The position numbers were made by a program, and so were the translations under genes. A stretch of 58,690 nt of DNA, counting the filler, from Sphacelaria rigidula (lineage: Eukaryota), in the NCBI GenBank assembly GCA_964200075.2. It is 4 parts of 4 records of this genome, joined end to end, with 100 filler letters (N's around TTAATTAATTAA, not from the genome) between each part and the next. Parts side by side here need not be neighbours in the genome. Positions count along the whole stretch, not along the records: positions 14,702 to 29,301 come from CAXNAA020002153.1; positions 29,402 to 43,996 come from CAXNAA020002154.1; 2 more parts are not named here. The stretch is one strand, 5' to 3'. Of the stretch, positions 21,900 through 34,200 are shown piece after piece. Numbering within the stretch: position 1 is the first letter of the stretch; each line of letters begins with the position of its first letter. The notes beneath the pieces are model-generated. The model searched no databases. It was not told the DNA's origin and saw only the letters and a program-made list of their open reading frames with translations.

Positions 21900-21992
21900 G
21901 CACATGCGAGCAAGGACGGTTGCGTCGTTTCGCCAACATTTCATGATCGAAAACTTGAGGGTGTTATCTTCGTCGGAGATTCTACCCGACGT
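21900..21992 (-). CDS. Candidate upstream exon (TSGRISDEDNTLKFSIMKCWRNDATVLARMC)
   Basis: Strong acceptor cttgtccttgttttgcag| and |gtgaga donor, 31 open codons. Confidence 0.5.
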
Positions 21993-23807
21993 CTGCAAAA
22001 CAAGGACAAGAGTCTGCCACAGCCCAGTCGGGGGGATGTATGAGTGATCACAAACACTCGTGTAGACCTTGTTGGCATGCGCAGTAAAAGAAATCTCTGG
22101 GGGTGACTTAACTCCTGCTGGCGTGACCCATCGCATCCTCTAATATTAGCTTTTCTGTGTACAAACGATCGCGTGCCCAGGAGGGGGGGGGTGTCGATGT
22201 TTCTCGCAGAAAACTGCCAGTTGAGGAGAGTCATCCTGAACTGAGGGGAGAGATGTGTAGGAAACCTAGTGTTGTATGATTCACCACCTGTCATTGTATT
22301 CATGACCCACGCCGTGAAGCGCTGACCAGGAAGGTCTTGCCTGACAAAAGCTTCTGAGCAAGGTACTACAGCAATCAGCAGTAGGTCCAGCCCGGATCAA
22401 ACAATGAAGATTCGTTGCTGCGGGTGCTGACTACCTGTAGGAGGTCGATTGTACAAGCCTTTTGAGGGAGAAGGGTTATTGTATCTCAATCGCCACCCGT
22501 TGTATCACAATGGCTCTCGCAAGCTACGGTAAAGTGCAAGAATTGGGTTCGGCCAGACGTTTGAGAATATGGTCGAATGGCTTCACCAAACGTTCTGAAA
22601 TTTGCATGGAGCGATGAGTGTAGAACCGAACCGAAGTATACCGTTTCATGTTCGATATCCAATTTTTGTCCTAAAAAATGCTCCACGAGTTGAAAAGGGG
22701 GAATTCCTTTCGAAGAAAACTCTCGGAGCCCGACAATGTTTCTTACATCTTGCGAAAACTGTAGCATCGTTTTCAGATACCTGGCAAGAGGGGAATGCGC
22801 ACTCTGGCAATTGACATTTTCCTTTAGTGACTGTCGTCGGCAATTCGTATCGATGGACCACTTTCCCACAATATTGCCCAGATAGCAGTCTATTGCGACC
22901 TTCCACCGCACGCTATTGCAGCCGGCCGAACAGATCAATAGGTAGCTTTCTAAGTCAACTGATGATGGCAACAACTAAATTTGCTGTATCGCGTACCATA
23001 TCTCTTGGTGGCAATGGTTATCGACGGATACCGACGAGGCCAATCAGCTCCTCCTTATAATCCCACCTTGGCGATTTTTTTCCATGGAGGGCAAAATGAT
23101 CCTCCGGAGGATGAAATGCCATTTGGTGGGTCATAATGCCTTCGGAGTCGACAGTGAATAAAGCGGCCAGAGGGCACATGATCCCCTTGAGCACATGATT
23201 CTAGTGAGGTTGCCTCTGTGGAAACAATTATTTCTGATGTCTAAATTCACCTCTGGAGTTCGCACTACATCAGACCTATGGACGACATCTATGCCCTAAC
23301 TGCCTACAGGAAAATGTTTCGGACTCCAGAAATCTTACAGCATAGAGTACCACGCCAGATATATCACCCGGCATTCACAGATCGAACCATGCAAACCCCA
23401 CACAGGTTATTCCCAGCTACCATCGCAACCCTGCAGCAAAGAGCAAGGGTTGGGACCAGGCTGCACGTCGTTCAAGTCCTTTCCACATCGCACTGTAAGC
23501 GGGAAACAGATGGTCCTGCGCTGTCCGCACTGTACTTTGTCTGCTTCCACTTCACATCCTACTGACTTTATATTTGTGGTCGAGCATGCAGTGATATGTG
23601 TACTGCAGTAGCTGACGGTATATAGCACCCCGGTATATCCAAACTTACAGGCATTCATATTGTATAGCTAAATATAGCACATGTGCCGCGCTAAGTCTGC
23701 AGTATAGGGTATGGACCACACGTTCCTGCACGGTATGGTGCTGTCCTGCACGGAATCGTACAGCCTAGTTCAGCACCATACCGTGAGTGTTGTTCTGATC
23801 ATATTCC

Positions 23808-23843
23808 TTTGTTGTTGCTGTTGTTGTTGTTGTTGTTGTTATT
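23808..23843. repeat. (TTG)n microsatellite
   Basis: ttgttgttgctgttgttgttgttgttgttgttattg. Confidence 0.9.
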
Positions 23844-25584
23844 GCTTCGGAGTGTCATTTTGGTAGACCCTGGACTGCGGGTTTTCGGAACCCGTGTATG
23901 TTTATATACATGTGTGAGGCATGTACTGTTCACACCCCATCACCAGCTAAAGCTTCATCCCACGGCAGTATGGACATACACTCGCAATCAGCGTATGGGA
24001 TTTGAATCAAGCAGAGGCTGTTGGAGACTTCTTTCATTGATCAATTGATGTATGGGTTGGGAGGCAAGAGAATAAGAAATCAACAATCTCTGCTGATCAC
24101 GGTACAGTATTTCGGACTTGAACAGCAGAGGCTGCTCGCAAAAAAGGATTTTGTTTTGCCCAATGTCAGGATGAATCGGAGAGCAAAACAAGGATTTGTT
24201 TCTTACTGCTTTTGCTGTACCAGTCCCACGTAGTATACGGGATTCGTACAGCAGAAGCTGTTCGAAATAAAATATTTTATGCTCAATTCCAATTGAAATT
24301 GGGCAGAAAGGAATTGTCTGGAACAGCAGAGGCTGTTCGAATTCCTGATTCCCATAGCACGATTGCCGTTGAAAACATTCCAGAAGAATTCGATATTGAT
24401 ACAAATTTTTGAGGGAGACCCCGACATCGGAAATCCTCTGAAGAATTGCAAATATCCGAGATCCTCCAGTGGGAATTTGAAAGCGGACGGAACTGAGAGT
24501 GACGTTTGGAAAAACCACTAGACAATCTTTGACGGTCGCCGGATGGCAGCGTGTGTATCCTCTGCTGTCTGTTGCCACACATACAAAGCAATATGCGATG
24601 TATTCAGCATATACTCTATTGAAGCGCGGTAGACAGGCCGCAGTTGACCACTCGGTGGGTGTATGATGAAACTATTTGTGAAAATATAACCTTATGATCC
24701 CGCGAATTTGGAATGCTTGTATGCTGTAGAACCCCGCAACATGCGTGGACAGCGGTTCACGAGTATTGTTGGCGTGATGTTGGTACTCACAGTTCTCCCG
24801 CTGATGGACAAGAGCCCTTCGAGTACCTTTTTGTCTAGATGAGATGTGTTTTTACGCTGGACAGTATACTGTATATAATGGAACATCGCTGCCATAGCAG
24901 CCCCTGAAAGTGTCACTGTTAGTCTCCGTTATCAGCCACAATCGACAGGCATCAATGTCTATCAGAACAAGGAACAAACTGTATCTTTGCCATGACGAAG
25001 GGGGCAGCGAAGTCGCCAATCGATGTATGTTATTTGATGCGACAGGCTCAGAATTGCGGCAACCAAAACATAGTGCTAGTCGCATCAGGAAATTAAATGC
25101 GGCCACCAGTTTTTATCGCTGGCCACTTTATAACCTGAATGGCATAGATCAAGAGCCTTAGATTCATTTATGGGCGGATGTTTTCATCTTCCACAAGGGC
25201 TATTCACAGCTATTGCCTGATGTAGTTGGGTGTTGATGTGGAAGGATCATTGCGATTGATGTCGTGAGACCGCTGCGGTGAGCAATACATATGTATATAA
25301 ATACACGAATTTCGGCGACTTCGCCAATATCAGTGGATCGACAGCCAAGATATGTGAGCATTAGTGATAGCATTGTGCGTTGCGTATTGGCAACGGTCAT
25401 AGTTTGGAGACGCCGGAGCTCCTCAGCAGCTGAGCATATGCGTGACGACTTAATTTTGAACTCGATGTCCGACTCCAAAAATGAAACTTTCTGCCCGTTC
25501 GTAGTCCAAAAGGGAACATAGGTTTTCCGTTCACGGGGAGACATGTGAACACTCGACACTCGATGAATAACCCAACACCATCAA

Positions 25585-26480
25585 GGATGAATCTCGGAAA
25601 CTCATTGCCCCCCGCAAACACACAACAGACATCTCGAGGGGTAGCTGCCCATCACCTGAGCTGTGCGTCACGTTGCATGAATCTCTTCAGAGTTCAATGA
25701 GAAATGATGATTTGTGTGAGACGCGCGAGTCTCACACTTGGAAGAAAACGCGGTCGCTGCTCATCAGCTGAGCACGTTGTTTATCCGCTCGACCGCGTGT
25801 CTTGGTCATCTGGTCATTAGGTGATTTGTCGAGTAAAACTGATGCTGATTCCACAGATGACCCATGCTCGCGGTAAAAGATTTACGACCTCGAACGAATC
25901 TGGAGGCCTGATCACAAAATGGTCAGAAACAATGGTTGGTAATATGAGTGGGGTACTGAAACACCTGCAGCAGCAGGACAGAGTAAACACGGTAAGCACA
26001 GTCGAGACGAAGCGACATCGTGCAAGATCACAGCGCGCTCGAGGTGTGCCATCCTTGCCGCGAGACTTCAGTTGAGAACGATGGCTCGCTGCCGTTTCAC
26101 ACTGTTCCACTTCAACTCAACATGATAGTTACTTGTTTATTCATTGAAAATGATGCGGGTTCCACAAATTATCATCATTCGTGAACCTAGGGAACGCATT
26201 GCCACCGCAAAAACAAAGAACACACAGCTCGAGCTGCAGCCGCTCATCACCTGAGCTGGGCGTGACCTTGCTTTGACCTGATCATAATTCAATGAGAAAC
26301 GATGATTTGTATGAGACGCGCGCGAACCGGTAGTAATTGCGGGCGTTGCGTCGCGGCACAGGTGATACTTGTAATAAAACGCCGTAGCTGCTTGTCAGCT
26401 GAACACGTTGTTGTTCGTCCTCGTATGAAGCTGTTGGGAATCCAACGAGAAACGACCCGAAAATTGATGCCGATTCAATT
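25585..26480 (+). repeat. Degenerate direct duplication (~25585-25865 vs ~26180-26480)
   Basis: cattgcc.ccgcaaa..catcacctgagctg.gcgt..ttcaatgagaaa.gatgatttgt.tgagacgcgcg is present in both. Confidence 0.75.
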
Positions 26481-26916
26481 TCTGGAAGGGCTCGAGACGT
26501 CGAGAGAGGAAACGCATTAAACGGAATGCATCACATCGTTATGGCGCCCTGACGTCATGCTAAACATGGTGCGGGAGGTAATTGTACTCCAGACTCAAGC
26601 AGACGCAGACCGCATTCCTATGTCCAACGAAATGCACTCGAAAAGATATCAGCGAAAAATTATATCCTAAAATCAAGTAAAGACTCACATCAAAACACGC
26701 TCGAGGTGTTCGATGCAGAGCGGTATCATGATTGACTCCGTGTCTTCTCAGTAAGTGAATGTGATGCCGATTCTATATTTTCAAGTGAAATCGTAGCCTA
26801 TTCTCCTGATAAACGGCCTATTTCACCGATGAGCGGTCGAGATGGATGACGGTACCCCTGACGGTCGAAGAGTCCACTGAAGCGTAGAGACAGGAAACGC
26901 ATGGCAAAGCAAACCC

Positions 26917-28500
26917 TGAATGATTGTCGCACTTTAACTGACCCCCCAGGGGTCATGATCCAGCCGTGGTCTCATGATAGACGTACCCAAGAACAACGAA
27001 ACTGAAACACGCTCTGAAGAAAGGAAGGAACGAGGGGAAAAAAGGGGTCCAACAGAACGACATGGCAGACTCAGTCGTAACAAAAAAAGGTTGAAAGGTC
27101 AACACGAGCAAAGCACAGAAAGAAATGGCCAACCTAAAACAAAAAAAAGGTGAGGAAAAGAAGAGGAAAATACGGAGCAAATAAAATAAAACGAAGAAAA
27201 AAAAGGGAAAACCCAAGAAAAGAAGGAACGAAAGGGGGGGAAAAGGGTCCAACAGAACGACATGGCAGACTCAGTCGTAACAAAAAGGTTAAAAGGTCAA
27301 CACGAGCAAAGCACAGAAAGAAATGGCCAACCTAAAACAAAAAAAAGGTAAGGAAAAGAAGAGGAAAATACAGAGCAAATAAAATATAACGATGAAAAAA
27401 AAGGGAAAAACCCAAGGGATACAGGGCAGCAGAGTAGATACAGAAACACCAGTGGGCACCGCAGAGCCACCGACGAAGGATATAATCAAGAGCCGATATG
27501 AGCAGGCAGGATTCTCCGATTGGCAGCCCTCGACGCAGCAGCGTCTCGCTTGTGACGGCGGTCTGGTTCTCGCTTGTCCGCGCGTCGCCACGTGTCCTCA
27601 AACTCTTTCGCTTCCTTTTCGACTCCAATATGCTATTTGCCCAGGTTCTTCGCCGCAGTGCCCCAATCGTATACATCGTTAACCTCTACACCGTAGACGA
27701 ACCACTTTCGTCGGGCTCCTTTGTGCGGGACAGCCCCTAGCGCACGTAGGTTTTTCTTCAGGGTATCCTGTTGCTTGGGGGGGCGGCCGACCTCCTTGGG
27801 TCCTCGTGTGGAACGCCGAGCGTTCATGACACGCTTGGGAAGGCGTGTCTCCTTCTGCCGGACAAGGGCTCCCGCGAAGGTCGTCTCGATATGTTCGCAG
27901 TTGGTCATCTCGAGCACCTCTCTGTATGAAAGAGTCCTGTAGCCATTCCGATCGTTCCTGCGGAATCTAACCACTCGCATCAAGAGCTTTGTGATGGGCA
28001 GTGCACAGACTGTCGAAGTCCTCAGAACGTAGCGTCCATGTGGCACACCCATACAACAGGGCTTTTGCCACCTCCGCTTTAAGCAGTCGAACTTTCAAGG
28101 ACAGCTCGGCGTTGGGAGCTATATTTTCGGATACGCGCCCACGCCGCGCTGATACGGCGGTTGATTTCGATTGACAGTTTTGCATCCACGCTGATAGCTC
28201 CACCAATGTAGATGAACTTCCCCGTCTGCTTATACCGGTGACCGGCAGCGTTGATATCCAGGGTGGCCTCCGTGGACTGGGTACTGACCAAAGGCGCATG
28301 GACTCTGTCTTGTTCTCGGAGACCATCAGGCCGACCTCATGGCAGGTCATCACTATCACGGCCGTCATTCGAGCAAGGCTTTCTGAGGTCTTCGAGGCTA
28401 TGCCGGCGTCGTCCGCATCAAGCATTGCCCACACCGCGCGTCGCACCTTTTCCAGTGATGTCTCTTCCACGGGTTCACCACCGACACCTTGTAGTACACA
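26917..28500 (-). mobile_element. 5'-truncated RTE-clade LINE (frameshifted RT C-terminal half plus 3' UTR)
   Basis: MLDADDAG (YADD motif), GLMVSENKTESM, FIYIGGAIS, EINRRISAAW, LLYGCATWTL and RLPKRVM..GRP across three frames, with a CAAT-type tail. Confidence 0.92.
27026..27415. repeat. ~197 bp tandem duplication inside the LINE 3' UTR
   Basis: gggtccaacagaacgacatggcagactcagtcgtaac..gaaatggccaacctaaaac occurs twice, near-identical. Confidence 0.9.
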
Positions 28501-29301
28501 GCCCTAAGACCATGCAGGACAACGCACAAAGCAAATGTACTCCACACCCAACAAGAAACAGAACACACCCTAATGTTCAGCGAAATACAAGCGGAGAGGT
28601 ATCAACGGAAACGTGTAATCTAAAATCGAGTAAGGACGGAACGGTGGCTTCTCAGAGCTTCGGACACCGAAAATATTCCAAAATATACGGACCGAATAAC
28701 AAAGTAAGAAATTGCAAAATATACACCGGTGTGCAGGGAACGTATATCAGGGCAATTGTAAATGATGAATCTCTTCAACGTTCTCGGCGCTTCGCGCCAC
28801 CGCTCAATCGAGCGTCACCCAAGGCAAAGGAAATTACAAAGTGTTGGCTAGGGTTAGGTGCTAGGTTTGAACAGCAGCTGTTCGAGTAATCACCGACACA
28901 ATTTTCTTTGACGCATTCAAATTTTTGACACCATCAGCCACTCCACTGTAAAGTTCGACAGGTGTTGCACGGGTGCGGAGTGCGGAGTGTGAGATTGAAT
29001 CCTGCCGTCACCGGTAATGGGTGTGTTTGAGCGTATCCGTCACCCACCACACGAGAAAAAATCCGACAAGAACGCCTGCTTCACCTAGGCTTCAAAGATT
29101 GCAAGGGTCGGACAAATAATGATTCGTCTGGAAATTACTTGGTTTTAGTATGATGAGTTGACTCATGATGAATCAATCCCTAGGATGTATTTCAGCGTTG
29201 CAACCCAGGTACACGCAGCTCAGACACGTTGAATGGCGCAAAAGTTGTGTGGACACCCCTTGGACCAGCTATCAACGTTTTTCTCCCTTTTGGGCAATCA
29301 G

Positions 29302-29401
29302 NNNNNNNNNNNNNNNNNNNNNNNNNNNNNNNNNNNNNNNNNNNNTTAATTAATTAANNNNNNNNNNNNNNNNNNNNNNNNNNNNNNNNNNNNNNNNNNN
29401 N
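29302..29401. other. Artificial contig spacer
   Basis: N44-TTAATTAATTAA-N44. Confidence 0.98.
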
Positions 29402-29629
29402 GCCTTTGAGCTCCTTTTGTTTGTTGCTACTGTGACCAACAGTCACGTGAATCTGCACGTGTGCATTTGCAGCTTGCTTTACTCGGACACCTGGTGCGTT
29501 TGCGCACCTACTCAAGCTTGCAGCACACGGATCATAGCTAGGAAGGTGTGGACCTTGTTTCTACCTCCATCTATACCACACTACAGTAGTAGGTGGTCTT
29601 ACTATTCATTTTGTGGCAGTTTGTGATTT

Positions 29630-29970
29630 TTTCGTAATTGCCGATTTTCTTGGGCTCATTTCGCTTCCCACCCCTCACCACATCGGGGATCTCAAGATAT
29701 ATGTATCCACTCCACATTCCAAGAGGAAAAAATCATCTCTACTCAGTATTGAGTGACTGACGGGCTGACCGGTCATCGGGAGTCCTGCGACGTTTCAGCC
29801 CAGGTTCTCACTCTTCTGTATTTTTGGTCGATCGAACCCGTCTCGATCATATTTGTGAAAACATTTACAGTTTTACTTCTTTGAAGTTCTGCCTACTCAG
29901 TGCGCTAGGGCCCAAAAACTGTGCTTCACGGTCAATAACACCCTCCTGATGAACGGAGTATTTACTCGTT
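29630..29970. repeat. Dispersed repeat with an inverted copy at ~42290-42630
   Basis: tcacggtcaataacaccctcctgat and actca.tattgagtgact.acgggctga.cggtcatcggg match the reverse complement of 42306-42520. Confidence 0.8.
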
Positions 29971-31377
29971 TCGCCCGATAACACGAACTAAGGCTGACTT
30001 AAACACTGTGTTTCGAAGATGGTCTGTTTCGTTGTACCAAAATCTATCGACGCAAGCAATTTCGAGTTCTATCGAAGAGGATTACACGAGGGAAACCCCA
30101 AAACACCCCTAAATAGTTAGACCACCCACTACTGTACTGAGCAGTCAGCGCTGACTGGTCAGTAGTCTAGTTGGTTGTAATGCTAGCATGCTCAGTAACA
30201 TTACTACAATGGGAGCGCCGGCGTGAATTCCTAGAGTCAGTAGGAACACGGCAGGAACGAGAGTAGTGCAGATGAGTTGCAATGCAGCGGCCAAGTTTAC
30301 GGCAGAATCAGCTGCCGGGGCCAAAGTTACGACAGACTGAGCCGTTGGGGCTGAAGATATGCTTTGCGTTCCGCAAAGCAGAGGCAAGCACAGTGACCAA
30401 GGAATCACAGCCAGTCGGCAGGGTAAAGATAGTCGCGGTGGTCGATGTAGTATGTACCGACGGGGCAGCACTGACAGTAGTGCGAGCGGAAAGAGTTTCG
30501 GTCATGGGTGCCACCTGCATGACGGAACGGTTCGGTATTGAACACCGCCGCGACACACACTGCCGCCCAACGTTCGGTAGCAGAGGTCCAACATGCTCAG
30601 CGGGAAGGGGCCCGCAAGCTCGCCACCCCTTGAGAACAACGAACAGCGTATTTAAGAGCAATTGCGGGACTTAGACTCCCGCCTGGAGGCTCATAAGACG
30701 CCTTACAACTCTGCGACCACTCTGCAACCGGATGGCCGCCCCCAACACCAACCCGCTTCACGGTCTGCTTCTTTTCCTGCTCCTTCTTCTTTACCATCAC
30801 CTCCCGCCGGGTCTTCGTCCCCCCCCTCAGTCCCGCTACCACCCCATACGAATCGTTCATTGTGGAGCTTGTCGACGCGATGCGCGCCGTCTTTCAGACC
30901 GCCACAGCCCGAGGTGATGACGGCGGCTGGACCCCAGTAAACTCTCGTCGCCGACGCTAGGGGAGTGATGTTGACGACCATGATCGCAATAGCGGTGTTG
31001 ACTCTCGCAACCACCACGGAGGTGAATGCTCTCCCTCTGGGAGGATCCAACCACGCCGTGTGTCCCGCCACCCCCGTAGTCTGTACAGAACACAAAAGAG
31101 GGGAGGCTCGTCGACTTCTTTCAACAAGCCGATGATTCGATCTGCCCCGTCGGCTCTTGCCGGCCTCAGTCGCGCTACATTACGTCTAGTAGACATCTCG
31201 AGTCAGATTTAGCCTTTCAGATGACGACAACTCAAATGCATCATTGTTTTCCACTCGGGCTCGCACCCTGCTGCCACCGCCGCCGCCCACCAATAGCATG
31301 CAGGAACTCGTGCAGCAGCGGCCGCCGCTCAGGCTGAGTCCGCCCTCGTCGCCATCATTCAGAGAGAATACATTCAA

Positions 31378-32620
31378 ATGTATGTGAAGAAACTTTGGCA
31401 TGTGAGAATCATGCCTGCAGCTGACAACGAAGACTCGGGACGATCAATTTCTGCCCTAATCACATCTATACATCGTACTGCTCGAAACATCCTTCAGCTA
31501 GCCGACTCTCCGGGTGTTCAACGTTTTCAAGATTCCGATTGGATCGATGGTTGGCAGACTCCACGTCATGAAGCTCTACATCGCTACATCAACCGTCGCT
31601 CGTCCCACAATGCCGCTGCTCTGACACAAGTCCTTGATGGTTTCATGGCTGCCACGGGTACGGACCGCGCCTCAGGGAAGCCAGGTCCGGCGTTACTCCG
31701 TGATCTGGAGCGGCGCTTGACCGGTTACTTTGATCGCAGCACTCAAGGGAGTGCTATACAGCGACCTAGTTCCTTCGGTGTCGCAACGGCTGTCCCCTTC
31801 GCGGACTACCTTCGTGAATTCAAGCTCCTAGTGCGAGTTACTTCTCACTGGTTTTCGTGGCGTCTCTCTTCTTATTTTTATTTTTGGTAATGTGTCTTGT
31901 AAGGAATAGCAGGAACCGGTATCGGAAAGTCGATCCTACGTCTGTGACCACGGGTTCGCTAGATCGGACTAATGTGCGGAAATAATAATGATAATAATAA
32001 GTTTCCGATACGACGGGGGTAGGGCGCCAGGCTGGCTCGTCGGACGCTATGTGTCAATCGTATGTGAGGGATAGCGTCTCCAAGCACTTCCCGACACTCA
32101 TACCATCGCTGTTTCAGGGTGCCTTAGCACACCGCGAGGTAGCTTACGCCTCCGTAGATGTGATGTGGACAGCGTTCGTTCACCAAGAAAGCAACTTGAC
32201 GCCTGCCATTCGCGGCGATAAATACTCCCCTGTCCGATCACCGTCTGCTTCTGCGCCTTAGTCGACCCCTTCAGGGTCCCATAGCAGGAATCATCTTTCG
32301 CCTCGTTCATCATGAGTTCCTGCCTCAGTTTCAGGCTCTGTCATGAATGCGGCACACATGAGAGACCCGTTCCGCACCAGTTTTGACGGGTGGTCGTACT
32401 CAGCGGAAACTTGGCATGAGGTTTATCCTGTTTCCACGTCAGCGTCCACAACGGATGATCCGCAATTGTGGAGTCCACTTCTTTCGTCTGTTGCTAGACA
32501 TGATGCCTCCAGTCGCCCCGCGAGTAGTTGCATCAACTGTAACACCCAAGGCCACAGTATGCGTGACTGCATCAGTGCTTGTACCAGCGCTTTCGCCGTC
32601 ATGAACCCTAAACTGCAGGA
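31378..32620 (+). pseudogene. gag remnant with zinc knuckle
   Basis: ORF pieces 31378-31840, 32049-32261 and 32343-32620. CINCNTQGHSMRDC fits CX2CX4HX4C. Confidence 0.75.
31840..32000 (+). mobile_element. Short non-LTR retroelement 3' fragment with (AAT)n tail inserted in gag
   Basis: T-rich UTR-like block ending aataataatgataataataa interrupts the gag reading frame, with agtt at both junctions. Confidence 0.55.
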
Positions 32621-33859
32621 CAATAACCTGATTGTCGCTGATGCTATGGTCCTTTTCTCCACCACCATAATTTCGCTGGTAGACACCAGCGGACGGAACC
32701 AAATAATGATGACTCGAATCCAAACGTCAGAAACCCTGGTTTATTTATGACTGATCATAGTGATCCATGACGTGCCGACGCCGGCGCTTCTAAGTCTTCG
32801 GCGCTGCCGACAGCACACACGAAGACAATTTCAACACGGCCCGTGAAACAAGTGACAAAAATTTCTCGCCCAATTTTCTCGGCACTTCGCAAGAGTACTA
32901 ATCACGGCCGTTCATATCAACCCCCGCCTTAACCCCTCCGCACGCAGCGTGACAGTTGCGTTGACTCACAACGCAGCTCCACGCTCGGGTCTGGACTTGG
33001 TCCTGCAGAACTGGGTGTGAATCTGACGTGTGGGAACACCACCCGCCCGTCACTGAGGCAAGTGCTTCCCACAGTGACCGCATGCACAGGCAGTAGTGTA
33101 CTTCAATGGACTGGATCAAGTGTCGCTGGTCTGGAATTGACCATTTCGGGTCATGCAATATCCGCCCAGCTCGATCGAGCTCATTCCTCGCGTTCATTGC
33201 ACCGCGCGGAGCAACCCCCAAATGGTTCTCACAACAACCTCCTCAATTTACATTCAACTATGACTCCTCAGCCGAGCTTGCCAGCGGAAAGTTCACAAGC
33301 TTCGCCCGACAATGCCTCGATGCTGACCGCTTCCTTCCAACTGGACGCAGTTGCGGTTTCCCCAACCACTTTGAAAGTCGCGGTCCTTTGTCACGTCGAG
33401 AGAGGAAGCCCAGTGAAAATCCCCCCACTAAAGCGTGCGCATTATGAACACGTACGCATTTCTCGAGCGGAAAAACTCGACCCCATTCTCTCGAAAATGC
33501 GACGACTTTGAGTTCGATGGCTATTTCAGGCATCATAGAAGAATCCAAATCGGATATTGTTTATGTTTTTGCCTCTTCAACAGAGGAAACGAGCAACGAA
33601 CAGCATGGATCCACATTAGACGTTGATCCCTGTCTTCCCAAGACGACTTTCTATGAATTTGCTAATGATCAATCGAGCTGTGCTAGCCTTAAGGATAACA
33701 TGCCATCCACCATACTTTCTGGTGAGAAACCTGACCCAACGGTGGGCCACCCGCCGTCTGTTTCCGCTGCCAGTGCTTCTGACCCCGACCAATTCACCTT
33801 GGCTGAACATGGGCCTCACCTTGTCGGAGGTAAAGTGTCTGTCGACCCTGCCACTTGTA

Positions 33860-34200
33860 CTATTCGCGTAACGATACATTGTGGACCATACGCCACCACA
33901 CCTGTCAAGTGCGTCTCTTTGTTGGATAGTGGCAGCCCACATATCTGTTCGTGAAGTCGTGGGGGAACACATTAACAATATTGGCGCTACTTGAGCACTT
34001 TGTAAGATCACCGCCCAGCCTCGTGCATGAGGTGGTTTTGGTGACCTCATCGCACCTTTGACCACACGAAAATCAGTACGCTTCAGTGTGCAATTTGTTT
34101 TCGACAACACAACTCGTTCTGCCAGTCTTGCAGTCTGGACAAATATTGTCCACGACAGCACCATGACGCACGCCTTGCTACTAGGCAGAGACATTTAAAT
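33860..34200 (+). pseudogene. Retropepsin (aspartic protease) remnant
   Basis: CVSLLDSGSPH and downstream ALLLGRD (gccttgctactaggcagagac). Confidence 0.75.

Noticed and set aside
24000..24345. CRISPR array
   Set aside because: The repeats are short and degenerate, the spacing is irregular, there are no cas genes and the context is eukaryotic.
23988..24578. 196 aa minus-strand ORF
   Set aside because: Non-ATG start, no recognisable motif, and its repeated FEQPLLF-like text derives from the DNA motif repeat.
30130..30225. 5' LTR end and primer-binding site (..taca-a-tgggagcgcc)
   Set aside because: I could not match it to a tRNA 3' end, and similarity to ~40493-40541 is too weak to define an LTR pair.
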